The notes under the pieces: model-generated
Databases searched by the model: none
Seen by the model: the letters and a program-made list of their open reading frames with translations, nothing else
Told to the model about the DNA's origin: nothing
Made by a program: the position numbers and the translations under genes
Assembly: GCA_963665095.1 (NCBI GenBank)
Contig: OY762069.1
Span: forward strand, 3,488,001 to 3,552,000
Direction of reading: 5' to 3'
DNA length: 64,000 nucleotides
Source of the DNA: an uncultured Desulfobacter sp.
Lineage (GTDB): Bacteria > Desulfobacterota > Desulfobacteria > Desulfobacterales > Desulfobacteraceae
In this document: in pieces, positions 1 through 10,375 of the stretch
How the letters are laid out: every line of letters begins with the position of its first letter
Position numbering within the stretch: the stretch's first letter is position 1

Positions 1-109
1 GGAAGGGGTGATGAGACGGCAGGATTTGGGTTTTTAATGGAAACCGGCCGGGTGGTTGCCCGGCCGGAAATTGCTTCTGCTCAGGGGAACGAAAAACGGC
101 AGGGCTTTT

Positions 110-754
110 TCACGCGGCGCAGGTTTCAAACAGCTCCTTGACCAGTTGAGCCGCTGATGCGGCATCCGGGGCATATCCATCTGCACCGATCTGATTGGCA
201 AAGTCCTGATTTACAGGGGCGCCACCCACCAGGACTGTCACTTTATCTCTGATACCGGCTTCTTCCAGTGCTGCCATAATTTTAACCATTGTGGGCATGG
301 TGGTGGTCAGAAGGGTGGACAGGCAAAGCACATTGGCATTGTTCTCTATGAGTGCATTGATAAATGTCTCCGGGGCAATATCCACCCCGAGATCAATGGT
401 GTCATACCCGTTGCTGGCCAGCATCAGGGTGACCAGGTTTTTTCCGATGTCGTGCAGATCGCCCTGGACCGTGCCCAGGACCACCGTGCCTTTGCTGATG
501 TTATCCTGCCCCTTTAAATGGGGCTTGAGCATGTCGATGCAGCCTTTCATAGTGGTGGCTGCCATCATGACATCAGGCAGAAACATCTCTTCGTCTCTCA
601 TTTTTTCGCCGATGACATCCATGCCGGGGGTCAGGCCTTTATCCAAAATTTCTCTGGGATCACAGTTCTGGCCGATGGCCTCCTCTACAAGTTTATAAAC
701 AGTCGGCTGGTCCAGGTTAATAAATGCATTGGTAATTTGAGTATAGTCGCTCAT
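110..754 (-). CDS. Corrinoid (B12-binding) protein, MtaC/MttC-like
   Basis: B12-binding motif GDLHDIGKNLV, DLGVD and VLVGGAP; N-terminal cap domain with EMFLPDV. Confidence 0.9.
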   Translation of the reverse strand: MSDYTQITNAFINLDQPTVYKLVEEAIGQNCDPREILDKGLTPGMDVIGEKMRDEEMFLPDVMMAATTMKGCIDMLKPHLKGQDNISKGTVVLGTVQGDLHDIGKNLVTLMLASNGYDTIDLGVDIAPETFINALIENNANVLCLSTLLTTTMPTMVKIMAALEEAGIRDKVTVLVGGAPVNQDFANQIGADGYAPDAASAAQLVKELFETCAA

Positions 755-989
755 GGTTCTGTCCTTATTTTAATTGGTTAATCACGTGCTTGATGTTCTT
801 TTATATCTTAGTCAATCCGATCACAGGCAACTTCGGGCCAAAGTGCGGGATGAATCAGATAAATGGTGCGACTCTTTTTGTGTAACAGGATTTTCAGCAG
901 GTCTGGTTTTCAGCAGGTATGGCTATTGGCAGGCTTACAGAAAAAACGCTCTAACAAACAAGATATTACGCAACTACTTAAAATACAGT

Positions 990-2015
990 TCAATTGTTCT
1001 GACTGTTAAAATCTTCCAGTGCGTTAAAATAGGCATCCAGATTTTCTATGGCGACTCCCGGTGCCAGATCGCATCCTGTGGATAATATAAAGTTCGGATA
1101 GGGTTTCATATCCTCTAAAAGCGCCAGGGTCTCTTTCCGGATCATCTCAGGGGTTCCCTGGGTCAGCACTGTTGCCGGGTCGATGTTGCCAAAGACCAGA
1201 TATTCTGCGGGAACCTGGGGCAGGATGTCGTTCATATCCACGGCATTGCCGAAATGATACCCCTTTGCACCTGTCCCCACCATGGAGGCAACCTGTTTTT
1301 TCGCTCTTCCGCAGTTGTGCAGGATGATAAAGAACGTGTCGTCCTGGACCGCATCCACCAGTTTTTTAACGTATTGGGAGGAAAATTCCTCACACTGGCC
1401 CGGGGAGACCAGGCCGGCGGTGGGCTCGGCAAGGAAAATCCCGTTGGCACCGGCCTCTTTATAGGCCTTTGCATATTCAATGCTGAACTGGGTACATTTG
1501 TCCAGTACAACGTGGACGGTTTCCGGATCAGTTAAAAGAAAATTCATTAGGGGTGCAATCCCCATAAGCACCGTGGCCAGAGAGATGGGACCCAGCATTC
1601 CGCCGAAGGTTGGGCGGTCTGTGATCTGCTCCGCTGCAAGTTTGGCTGCATCGAGGAATACGGATGTGCGTCCGGAGTTGACGGATGGAACCTGCAGACT
1701 CAAAGCAGATTCTTTGTCTTTAGCTATCTCACTGGTGATATAAGGGATTGCCTCTTCGGGGAAAGCCACTTCGCAGCCAAAGGCCTGGGCCTCTATGGTC
1801 AGGTCCATGCTTGTCATGGCAGCGATCATTGCGGGCCATCTCTCAATAACCCCTTTCATTGTTGCACACTGCGCTTCAGGGTTCTTGACCACGTCGTTCA
1901 TTTTTTTCCCGTTTACTGCAAGATAGGGGAAAAACAGAACCGGCAGATTTTTAACATCCCGGGCTGCGATGATCTCTTCCGCCCATTTCTGCATATTTAC
2001 TTTCATGTTTTGCAT
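990..2015 (-). CDS. Uroporphyrinogen decarboxylase-family methyltransferase (MtaA/CmuA-like)
   Basis: EAQAFGC, ILHNCG (HxC Zn site), GNIDP and FILSTGCD; adjacent to the corrinoid protein. Confidence 0.85.
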   Translation of the reverse strand: MQNMKVNMQKWAEEIIAARDVKNLPVLFFPYLAVNGKKMNDVVKNPEAQCATMKGVIERWPAMIAAMTSMDLTIEAQAFGCEVAFPEEAIPYITSEIAKDKESALSLQVPSVNSGRTSVFLDAAKLAAEQITDRPTFGGMLGPISLATVLMGIAPLMNFLLTDPETVHVVLDKCTQFSIEYAKAYKEAGANGIFLAEPTAGLVSPGQCEEFSSQYVKKLVDAVQDDTFFIILHNCGRAKKQVASMVGTGAKGYHFGNAVDMNDILPQVPAEYLVFGNIDPATVLTQGTPEMIRKETLALLEDMKPYPNFILSTGCDLAPGVAIENLDAYFNALEDFNSQNN

Positions 2016-2408
2016 CCTTATTTACTCTATCCATCTTCAAGCGCTGTTTCAATGCAACCCCAAACAGCAGCACGACAACTACAGGTATCTATGCTTACCA
2101 TGGTAAAGTTTAAAAATTTTATCAGGTATTGTCAATCAGAAATTGCTGAACAATCATCTTAATTACAATGGGGGCGTTTTTATACCTTCATCAGACAGAT
2201 GTCAAGATTTATGATACATTTTAATTTATTTCAAATACGTAACTAACCATCGTTTGAAATCACTCACATACGAAGAAAGAGGTATACAGCAAAGCCCAGG
2301 ATATGTATGGTAGCGTTTAAAATTACGGGAACGGTCTGGATTTCATGGGGAACTACATTAAATCCAGACCTGGACAGTCAATAGAGAAGCGCGGTGGAAC
2401 AGTCACTC

Positions 2409-3707
2409 ATGGTTAAAAAAAAGGTATCTTCAGGTATTCCCGGGCTGGACAGCCTGCTTGACGGGCTGTTTATCGGAGACAATGTGGTCTGGTACGATGA
2501 CGCCGGCAGCCTGGCCCGTCCCTTCTGCATGAAATTCATCCGGGAGTCGCGGCAGCAGGGAAAACCCATTGTCTATGTATCCTTTGACCGATCCCCGAAA
2601 AACCTTATCCAGACACTGGGTCCGCTGGCGGAAAATCCCCTGCTGACCATCCTGGACTGTTTTACCAACGGCAAGGGTGACAAGGCCGAAGTGTTCAATA
2701 AATTTTATGAAAAAGACGGGGCCCAGTGGCCATACCAGGTGATCCGGGTGACGGAACCCTGGAAGCCGGATGCCGTGTTTGAGGCCATTGACGGCCTGCA
2801 CCGGAACCTTTCCGGGGATGTGCGGTTTGTCATGGAGAGCCTTACCGGCATGCAGGATCTGTGGGAAGGCGAGGATCAGATTTTGAAATTCTATTCCCAT
2901 TCCTGCCCCAGGCTCTATGAGATGGATACCATTGCCTACTGGATCATTGAAAAAAACGCCCATTCAGACCGGCTTAAGGCGCATATCAACCAGATTGCCC
3001 AGGTGGCGGTGGACCTTTCCATGAGTCAGGGCCGGTCCTGCATCAAGATCCTCAAGGCAGACAAGCGCCAGCCGCCGGGCCTGGGCATCTCGGTTTCTTA
3101 TTTCTGTGAAAATGGGCAGATCCTGCTCAAAGAAACAAGCGCAAAAGCTGACCCCATGGATTTAGGGCAGGCGGTCAAGAGTTTTCGCACGCACCAGGGC
3201 ATGTCCCAGAAAGAGCTGGCCCGCCTGGCAGGGGTCACACCCTCCACCATTTCGCAGATTGAGAGCAACCAGGTGTTTCCGTCCCTGCCGGCCCTTTACC
3301 GGATTGCCGATAACCTGTCTGTGGATGTGGCCTCGTTTTTCCGGCCCCGGATATCCGGGCCCAGGGATATCTTTTCCAGTGATGGCGCCGTGCGTATCAT
3401 CCGGCCGGACCTGGACAAAAACAGTATTGAGATCGCCCAGCTGACCCCCCAGGACCGGGACCTGCCCATGGCGGCATTTTTAATCACCCTGCTCCCGGGG
3501 AAACGGCTCAACACCCATTTCATGCACCACAAGGGACCGGAACTGGGCTACCTGGTTTCGGGCAGCCTGGAGCTGGTTCTGGCGAACAGGGAGCAGGCCA
3601 TGTCAGTGGGAGACACCATCTTCATCGGCAAGGAGTTTCCAAGCCTCTGGGTCAACCCCGGCACAGAGCCGGCCACCCTGTTCTGGATTAATATGGCCGC
3701 CGGTTAG
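2409..3707 (+). CDS. RAD55/KaiC-like domain fused to an XRE HTH and a cupin; transcriptional regulator
   Basis: N-terminal SSGIPGLDSLLDG; HTH MSQKELARLAGVTPSTISQIE; C-terminal cupin HKGPELGYLVSGSL. Confidence 0.8.
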   Translation: MVKKKVSSGIPGLDSLLDGLFIGDNVVWYDDAGSLARPFCMKFIRESRQQGKPIVYVSFDRSPKNLIQTLGPLAENPLLTILDCFTNGKGDKAEVFNKFYEKDGAQWPYQVIRVTEPWKPDAVFEAIDGLHRNLSGDVRFVMESLTGMQDLWEGEDQILKFYSHSCPRLYEMDTIAYWIIEKNAHSDRLKAHINQIAQVAVDLSMSQGRSCIKILKADKRQPPGLGISVSYFCENGQILLKETSAKADPMDLGQAVKSFRTHQGMSQKELARLAGVTPSTISQIESNQVFPSLPALYRIADNLSVDVASFFRPRISGPRDIFSSDGAVRIIRPDLDKNSIEIAQLTPQDRDLPMAAFLITLLPGKRLNTHFMHHKGPELGYLVSGSLELVLANREQAMSVGDTIFIGKEFPSLWVNPGTEPATLFWINMAAG

Positions 3708-3708
3708 G

Positions 3709-5367
3709 CTAAGAGTTCAGGATCTTTCTGGCGCTTTCATCGTTAACGTCTGCGACATGCGGGATACCTGTTTCCCTTGCTGTCTCCCGGTTTCCGGAAA
3801 AAATTTCATTCCTGGAAATTTTGTTCAAAGAGAACTTGCGGGCCCCTGCCATGAGCTGCTGCATACCGCAGCCAAGCTTGTCAGCCAGGGTATAGAAGGC
3901 AATGGCGCCATAGGGGATCTTGCTCATTTCATCCTTGCCCAGCTTGTCTGCAAGATCGTGATAGGACGCAAAGATTTCGTCTGCGGTCTTGCCCACTTCC
4001 AGCACGTTCTTGGGCAGTTCATTCCAGTTGCCGTTGACCTCGGCCCGGCGTTCCGGAAAAATGGCGCCTTCAATGTTGGCCCCGAGGAACCCCGGGATCA
4101 TGATGGCCCGGCCCATACAGACCAGTTTGGTATAAGGAGCGCCCAGGGCCAGGGCTTTGAAAATGTGGTCTTCCAGGGCAAAGCCACCGGCAAAGGACAT
4201 GTCCACTACGCTTTTGCCCTTGGCTGACAGAATGCTTGCATATTCATAGGCTTTTGAATGAAGGATTACCGAAGGAACCCCCCAGCTCTGCATCATGTTC
4301 CAGGGGCTCATGCCGGTGCCGCCGCCGGAACCGTCAATGGTGAGCAGATCCAGCTCCGCGTCCGTGGCAAACTTGATGGCCATGGCCAGCTCTTCCATGC
4401 CGTAGGAACCGGTTTTCAGGGTGATCCGCTCAAAACCGATGCTGCGCAGGTAGGCCACGCTGTTCATGAAGTCCTCCTGGACCTGGCCCACGGAGGAGAG
4501 GTTGGTGGCCCCCAGGCGGCTGTGACGGGCAAAGGATTTAATGGCGCCCAGCTCAAAGCCCTCACGGACATCTGCTTTGGTGGGATCCGGGTCCACCACA
4601 TATCCGCGGTTTTTCAGGAAAGTGGCATATTCCAGGGAGCGCACCTGAATTTCGCCGCCGATATTTTTGGCGCCCTGCCCCCATTTCAGCTCGATGATAC
4701 ATTTGTCGCCATACTTGTCCACCACGTATTCAGCTACGCCGTTGCGGGTGTCTTCCACGTTGAGCTGGACAATGATGGCGCCGAAGCCGTTATAGTAGCG
4801 CAGGTAGGTCTCTATGCGGCGGTCCAGTTCAGGCGCACTCTTGATCTTTCCCTGTTTGGTTTCGCTGTTCGAGATCTTGGAATCGAGGTCCACCCCCACC
4901 ACATTTTCACCGATGACCACGGGGATGCCCACAAGTGCGCCGCCAATGGCAAATGAATTCCAGTATTTCTGTGCGATAAAGGTGGATCCTAACGCACCGG
5001 TCATTAGAGGCATTTTTACTTTGGTTTTCTGTTTTTTGCCGAATTCGGTTTCCAGAGACACATTGGGGAAGATACAGTCATCCGCGCTGGAGGTGAGCCC
5101 GTTGGTGATGCCGTAGGCCCCATAGGCATATCCCTGGACCCTCAGGCTGTTGTAAGAGACCCCCACATGAGTGGTGTTGTTGGCCCCGGCCGTTACCAGG
5201 CCAAAGCTTCGGGGATACAGTAATTTTCTGCCCACCATACTGGACAGCCAGGTTTCGCATTTTCCCACACAATCCGCCCGACACAGGGTACACAAGCTTG
5301 ATTCACACGAATCCCCTCTGTTTTTGGTTCCCAATACATCATTGCCCTTTGAAAATCTCATCTCCAT
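3709..5367 (-). CDS. FMN-binding glutamate synthase-related protein
   Basis: IELKWGQGAK, TIDGSGGGTGMSP and FKALALGA; Cys-rich N-terminus; RBS GAGGAG before ATG 5367. Confidence 0.85.
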   Translation of the reverse strand: MEMRFSKGNDVLGTKNRGDSCESSLCTLCRADCVGKCETWLSSMVGRKLLYPRSFGLVTAGANNTTHVGVSYNSLRVQGYAYGAYGITNGLTSSADDCIFPNVSLETEFGKKQKTKVKMPLMTGALGSTFIAQKYWNSFAIGGALVGIPVVIGENVVGVDLDSKISNSETKQGKIKSAPELDRRIETYLRYYNGFGAIIVQLNVEDTRNGVAEYVVDKYGDKCIIELKWGQGAKNIGGEIQVRSLEYATFLKNRGYVVDPDPTKADVREGFELGAIKSFARHSRLGATNLSSVGQVQEDFMNSVAYLRSIGFERITLKTGSYGMEELAMAIKFATDAELDLLTIDGSGGGTGMSPWNMMQSWGVPSVILHSKAYEYASILSAKGKSVVDMSFAGGFALEDHIFKALALGAPYTKLVCMGRAIMIPGFLGANIEGAIFPERRAEVNGNWNELPKNVLEVGKTADEIFASYHDLADKLGKDEMSKIPYGAIAFYTLADKLGCGMQQLMAGARKFSLNKISRNEIFSGNRETARETGIPHVADVNDESARKILNS

Positions 5368-5456
5368 GATCTGCAACTCCTCTCCCAATTATCGTTCTCA
5401 ATTTATGAATCACCTGCCAAAGACACAGGCCGTAAAAAGCAATAGAACTGAACTTA

Positions 5457-5483
5457 TACTAAAATAAATCTACTAAAATAAAT
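5457..5483. promoter_or_regulatory. 13-bp direct repeat TACTAAAATAAAT x2, candidate operator
   Basis: Copies at 5457-5469 and 5471-5483 in a divergent intergenic region. Confidence 0.4.
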
Positions 5484-5546
5484 TATTGAGTGATTTATTA
5501 ACAAATATTTTTATTGTCAATATAGTAATCAAAAATATATTCATTT

Positions 5547-5604
5547 AAAATAATTGGGGTCAGAGTAAAATTAAATTTAATTTTACTCTGACCCCAATTA
5601 TTTT
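5547..5604. repeat. Perfect 58-bp palindrome (REP/REPIN-like, GGGGTCAGA core)
   Basis: AAAATAATTGGGGTCAGAGTAAAATTAAA immediately followed by its exact reverse complement; second copy at 49629. Confidence 0.9.
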
Positions 5605-5649
5605 GGGGACTTTCAAGAATGTGTGATCCAGGGTATAAAGGGCGGTATT

Positions 5650-6084
5650 ATGAATGACACAAAACATATCATCAGCATGCATTCTGCGGATACGGACCGG
5701 GCTGTTCACCATTTTGAGGCCCGGGTTTATTATGAAGATACTGATCATTCCGGCGTGGTTTATCATGCCAATTATCTGAAGTATTTTGAGCGGGCCAGGG
5801 AGGATATCTTTGGGGTGCACACCCTGGCCCGGATGTGGCACGACCAGGGAGTGGGGTTTGCCGTGTATAAGGCGGATATCGGGTATCATGACGGGGCTGA
5901 ATTCGGGGATCTTTTAGATATCCGCACCACCTGGGAAAAGCAGGGGCCTTACCGGGTGGTGTTCCTGCACAGTGCCTGGCGGCCCGGCAAAGACCGGCCG
6001 GCTGTTACCTGTACGTTGGAGCTGGTTTGTCTGGGGCCTGGGAAGAAGCTGATGCCCATACCAGACATGGAATTCTTAACATAA
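5650..6084 (+). CDS. YbgC/FadM-family acyl-CoA thioesterase
   Basis: RVYYEDTDHSGVVYHANYLKYFERAR signature. Confidence 0.9.
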   Translation: MNDTKHIISMHSADTDRAVHHFEARVYYEDTDHSGVVYHANYLKYFERAREDIFGVHTLARMWHDQGVGFAVYKADIGYHDGAEFGDLLDIRTTWEKQGPYRVVFLHSAWRPGKDRPAVTCTLELVCLGPGKKLMPIPDMEFLT

Positions 6085-6249
6085 CCTCTATTTTACATCT
6101 TTTTTACAATCGTTTTACTGCGGTTTGACACATGGATTTTCCGGCCGGGTTATGCTTGGGCCATAAGTTAAAAACGCCGGATGTGAAAGATGCCGGCAGG
6201 GCTTGCGCTCAAGTAAAAAAACCGATACTTCAATGAAAGGAAAAACGCC

Positions 6250-7602
6250 ATGAACGCCACTTTAAACCAAAAGATAAAATCAGCCGCAATTTTTATTCTG
6301 GCCAGCCTTCTGATCACACAGAGTGCCGGGGCGGCCCCAGCGAAGGAGCGCGTCACCTGCCGGGTGGAAACAGACCGGTCCGTGCTTCCTGCCAATGATC
6401 CCCAGAACGTTATTCTGAAAGTGACCCTGGATGCTCCCCGAGTGCCTGAAAATACCAGCCGGCCCCGGGTTAATATCGCCCTGGTCATGGACCGGTCCGG
6501 CTCCATGACAGGAAATAAAATCGACATGGCCAAGGCAGCAGCTTTAGAGGCCCTGTCCAGGCTGGGGAAAGATGATGTTTTTTCCCTTATCGCATATGAT
6601 ACAGCGGTTAAAACCCTGGTTCCCGCCCGGAAGGTATGGAACACCAGCGACATTGTCCATGCCATCAGAAGCATTGAGGCCGGCGGCAACACCGCGCTTT
6701 TCGGCGGCGTCAGCCAGGGGGCGGCCGAAGTCCGAAAACACATTGAAGATGACTATATCCACCGGATCGTACTGCTCTCCGACGGTATTGCGAATGTCGG
6801 CCCGGGAAGCCCCCGGGATCTGGGTCGCCTGGGTGCCGGGTTATTTAAGGAGAATATCTCCGTGACAACTGTAGGTGTGGGCACGGACTATAATGAGGAT
6901 CTCATGGCCCAGCTGGCACAGAAGAGCGACGGCAACACCTATTTTGCCCAGTCAGGGTCAGACCTTCCCCGAATTTTTGCCGCGGAACTTGGCAATGTAC
7001 TCAATGTTGTGGCAAAACAGGTGGTGGTGACCATCACCCTGCCCCAGGGCGTGGAGCCGATTGAGATTATTGGTCGGGAAGGCCGGATCCGGGGCAACCG
7101 CATTGAACTCTCCATGAACCAGCTATACGGGGGCCAGGAAAAATTCGCTCTGATTAATGTCCGCCTGCCCGCATACAAAGATGGCCGTTCCGTGGAAGTG
7201 GCAACGGCTGATGTCTCCTATCAGGATCCCTTTTCCATGGAGAACCGATCCTCCCGGGCAAAGGCCATGGCAAGTTTCAGCAGGGACAAAGGCCGGGTGG
7301 AGGCCTCTACCAATGAAACCGTTGTCAAGGATTACCAGCTCAACCTCAATGCCCTGGCCCAGGAGAAGGCCATTGAACTGTCAGACAAGGGCAAAACAAA
7401 GGAAGCGGCCCGCCAGTTAAGGCAGTCAGCATCCGCTCTTAAGGCCTATGCCGGAAAATATGATGACCAGGAGCTGCTGAAAAAGGCGGAAGAGGCAGAA
7501 GTCCAGGCAGACACCATTGAAACCGAAGGCATGAGCAAAAAGAGCCGCAAGGTGCTGCGCACCAAATCCTATCAGATGAAAAACCAGCAGATACAGCAAT
7601 AG
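6250..7602 (+). CDS. Exported VWA-domain protein
   Basis: Signal peptide; MIDAS motif DRSGSM; LLSDGIANVG. Confidence 0.85.
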   Translation: MNATLNQKIKSAAIFILASLLITQSAGAAPAKERVTCRVETDRSVLPANDPQNVILKVTLDAPRVPENTSRPRVNIALVMDRSGSMTGNKIDMAKAAALEALSRLGKDDVFSLIAYDTAVKTLVPARKVWNTSDIVHAIRSIEAGGNTALFGGVSQGAAEVRKHIEDDYIHRIVLLSDGIANVGPGSPRDLGRLGAGLFKENISVTTVGVGTDYNEDLMAQLAQKSDGNTYFAQSGSDLPRIFAAELGNVLNVVAKQVVVTITLPQGVEPIEIIGREGRIRGNRIELSMNQLYGGQEKFALINVRLPAYKDGRSVEVATADVSYQDPFSMENRSSRAKAMASFSRDKGRVEASTNETVVKDYQLNLNALAQEKAIELSDKGKTKEAARQLRQSASALKAYAGKYDDQELLKKAEEAEVQADTIETEGMSKKSRKVLRTKSYQMKNQQIQQ

Positions 7603-7608
7603 GAAGCC

Positions 7609-9312
7609 ATGACCAGCCGCCGCGCCATCATCATATTCTGGACCCTGCTTTTAGTACCGGCACTGGTACTGGCAGGGTCCGCCTTCCGGCTGCTGATGCT
7701 TGAGCAGGACAGAATCCGCATGACCCATATCACCACGCTGGAAGACCAGGCCCGGCAGGTGGCCCTGAGTATTGATCAGGCTGTTTCCAGTATTGAGAGC
7801 AATCTGACCCGCTCCCTTCTAGATATCAATGCCTCAGCTTTACATCCAGGAATCCTTGAAAAACGTCTGCTGGTCTGGGAGTCATCCAATCCACTGATAC
7901 GCAACGTGTTTATTTTCCATCCCCGCCGCGGCCTGATCTATCCTGAACGTTCCCGGGCCGCCACCAGTGAGGAGCGGCAGTTTATCAGCCGGTTTAATCC
8001 TCTGATGAGCGGCAGGCTGACCTTTGACTTCAACCGGCCTGCAGACAGGGAGACCGCGCCTTCAGCCCCGGCCCCGACCAAAATCAACAGTCTGTATGCC
8101 CTATCCCGGCAGTCGGTTCCCCTTGCTGCAAAATCGACGGATATGCCAGCCGATGTGAACGGGCTGGTTGACGCAAAGGGTGGCGGGACAGCGCCGGCCG
8201 GGTGGATACCCTGGTTCAGTGACAATCAGCTATATATCCTGGGGTGGGTACAACCTTTGCCCGGGGAACTCATTTTTGGCGTGGAACTGGAGATGATGAC
8301 CCTTTTGTCCCGACTGGTGGCAGACATACCGGAAAACGAGCGGCCGGGTACGGCACTTGTGGTGGCAGACGGTGACGGCACCCCTATCCTCCATACCGGG
8401 CCGCTGGAATTTGCCGGAGAAATGCGCACAAAGGATGCGGCATTGCGTGTGGATATTTCCCCCCGCCTGCCCCACTGGTCTGTATGTGTGTTTATGGATA
8501 AGTCGGCGTTTTCCGGTGCCAGGTCTTTTCTGGTGGTGTCACTGATTTTAGTGGGGATTCTGATCACCGCCATTGTCTGTGCAGGCATTTTGATCACCCG
8601 GCTCACCCTTGCCCAGATGAAAGATGCCCGTCAGAAAACCTCTTTTGTGGCAGCCGTGTCCCATGAATTGAAAACCCCTTTAACCAGCATCCGCATGTAT
8701 GCGGAACTGCTGTTATCAAGACGGGTGTCAAACCCTGAAAAGCAGCAGAACTATCTTGAGGTGATGGTGGCTGAAAGCGAGCGGCTCACCCGCCTGATCA
8801 ACAATATCCTGGATTTCGGCAAACTGGAGCAGGGAAGAAAACAATACCGGATCAGCCGGTTTGATATGGCTGAGATACTTCTGGAATCCATCCATACCAG
8901 CCAGCTCAGGCTGAATAAAGCGGGATTTGAGGTGATCACCCGGATACCTGACCAGAAGTTTCCTGTGAAAACGGATCGGGATGCCATGGCCCAGGTGTTC
9001 CTCAACCTGTTTGATAATGCCATTAAATATGCGGTGAGCGGCAGATTTATTAAAATTATTTTAGACCGGACACCGGATCATGTAGTGATAAAAATCCAGG
9101 ATGACGGCCCCGGGATAGCACCGGCAGTCAGGGAAAAAATCTTTGACAAATTTTTCAGGGCAGACAATTCACTGACCACGGCCCAGCCGGGATCGGGCTT
9201 AGGGTTGAGCATTACCCGGCAGATGCTGGAAGATTTAGACGGCAGCATTGACGTGGACTCATCCGTCAATCAGGGCGCAGGCTTTATAATAAGGATACCC
9301 ATCCATGAATAA
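7609..9312 (+). CDS. Membrane sensor histidine kinase
   Basis: Two TM segments; H-box SHELKTPL, N-box NLFDNAIKY, G-boxes DDGPGI and GSGLGL. Confidence 0.95.
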   Translation: MTSRRAIIIFWTLLLVPALVLAGSAFRLLMLEQDRIRMTHITTLEDQARQVALSIDQAVSSIESNLTRSLLDINASALHPGILEKRLLVWESSNPLIRNVFIFHPRRGLIYPERSRAATSEERQFISRFNPLMSGRLTFDFNRPADRETAPSAPAPTKINSLYALSRQSVPLAAKSTDMPADVNGLVDAKGGGTAPAGWIPWFSDNQLYILGWVQPLPGELIFGVELEMMTLLSRLVADIPENERPGTALVVADGDGTPILHTGPLEFAGEMRTKDAALRVDISPRLPHWSVCVFMDKSAFSGARSFLVVSLILVGILITAIVCAGILITRLTLAQMKDARQKTSFVAAVSHELKTPLTSIRMYAELLLSRRVSNPEKQQNYLEVMVAESERLTRLINNILDFGKLEQGRKQYRISRFDMAEILLESIHTSQLRLNKAGFEVITRIPDQKFPVKTDRDAMAQVFLNLFDNAIKYAVSGRFIKIILDRTPDHVVIKIQDDGPGIAPAVREKIFDKFFRADNSLTTAQPGSGLGLSITRQMLEDLDGSIDVDSSVNQGAGFIIRIPIHE

Positions 9313-10024
9313 TACAACCATACTGGTGGCAGAGGACGATATCCATATCCGGACCGGACTGACCGACACCCTGGAAAGCGAGGGGTATTCGGTGATTGAG
9401 GCGGGTGACGGCAATGAGGCGCTTGATGCCTTTGACAGGACAACACCGGACCTGGTGCTCCTGGATGTCATGATGCCGGGCAAAAGTGGTTATGATGTAT
9501 GCCAGACCATCCGGACCAAAGATGCGCAAGTGCCGGTGATCATGCTCACGGCCAAGGGAGAGGAGATCGACAAAGTGGTGGGGCTGAAACTGGGCGCAGA
9601 TGACTATATTACCAAACCCTTTGGCATCCACGAACTTCTGGCAAGGATTGATGCGGTACTGCGGCGGTCCAGGCTTGGCAGAGAAACGGCAGAATCCAAA
9701 AATGAAAATAAGAGGAAAACCCCGTTCACATTTGCCGGTTTTACCGTGGATCCCAAACGGTTCAAGCTCTTAAAAAAAGACAAAAGCAATGATCTGTCAA
9801 AAAGAGAAATTGACCTTTTGCTGCTTTTTGCCAGCCACCCGGGGGAGGTGCTGGACAGGGACACTATCCTGAACACTGTCTGGGGAATGGAATACGGCGG
9901 CACCACCCGGACCCTGGACCAGCACATAGCCATGTTGCGGAAAAAAATTGAGAAAAACCCGGCTACCCCCGCGGTCATCACAACCGTCCACGGCGTTGGA
10001 TACCGGTACGAACATAAGGATTAA
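9305..10024 (+). CDS. OmpR-family response regulator
   Basis: REC domain LLDVMMPG, GADDYITKPF and winged helix TVHGVGY. Confidence 0.95.
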   Translation: MNNTTILVAEDDIHIRTGLTDTLESEGYSVIEAGDGNEALDAFDRTTPDLVLLDVMMPGKSGYDVCQTIRTKDAQVPVIMLTAKGEEIDKVVGLKLGADDYITKPFGIHELLARIDAVLRRSRLGRETAESKNENKRKTPFTFAGFTVDPKRFKLLKKDKSNDLSKREIDLLLLFASHPGEVLDRDTILNTVWGMEYGGTTRTLDQHIAMLRKKIEKNPATPAVITTVHGVGYRYEHKD

Positions 10025-10027
10025 GGT

Positions 10028-10375
10028 TTAAACCGGTTCCTTTTCCAGGATGCTTAATCCCACAATTTTATGTCCAGGGTGACGCCCCTGCTCCGGGTCG
10101 GAGATGTGACGGATTTCCACCCGAACCGCCTCTGTTTCCCGGCGTCCTCCCCAGTGAAGCAGCGCTGAAAGAGTCTGTCCGGCTTCAAGGTGCTTCAGAA
10201 GTCTGGAGTCCTGCCTTGCAAGAATGCCTAAACCAGACTCGGACCAGTCCCGCAAAGGGAACTGATAGGCAAGCATATTCCCCTGGGGTTGAAACTCAAC
10301 AATAGCATTCTGGGTATCCTCATTTCGAATCTGGTTACGAAGCTCATTGCCCTCTGATTTATTTTCTTTTTCCAT
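10028..10375 (-). CDS. Small PilZ-like hypothetical protein
   Basis: RNQIR...DWSESGLG resembles the PilZ RxxxR and DxSxxG motifs. Confidence 0.55.
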   Translation of the reverse strand: MEKENKSEGNELRNQIRNEDTQNAIVEFQPQGNMLAYQFPLRDWSESGLGILARQDSRLLKHLEAGQTLSALLHWGGRRETEAVRVEIRHISDPEQGRHPGHKIVGLSILEKEPV

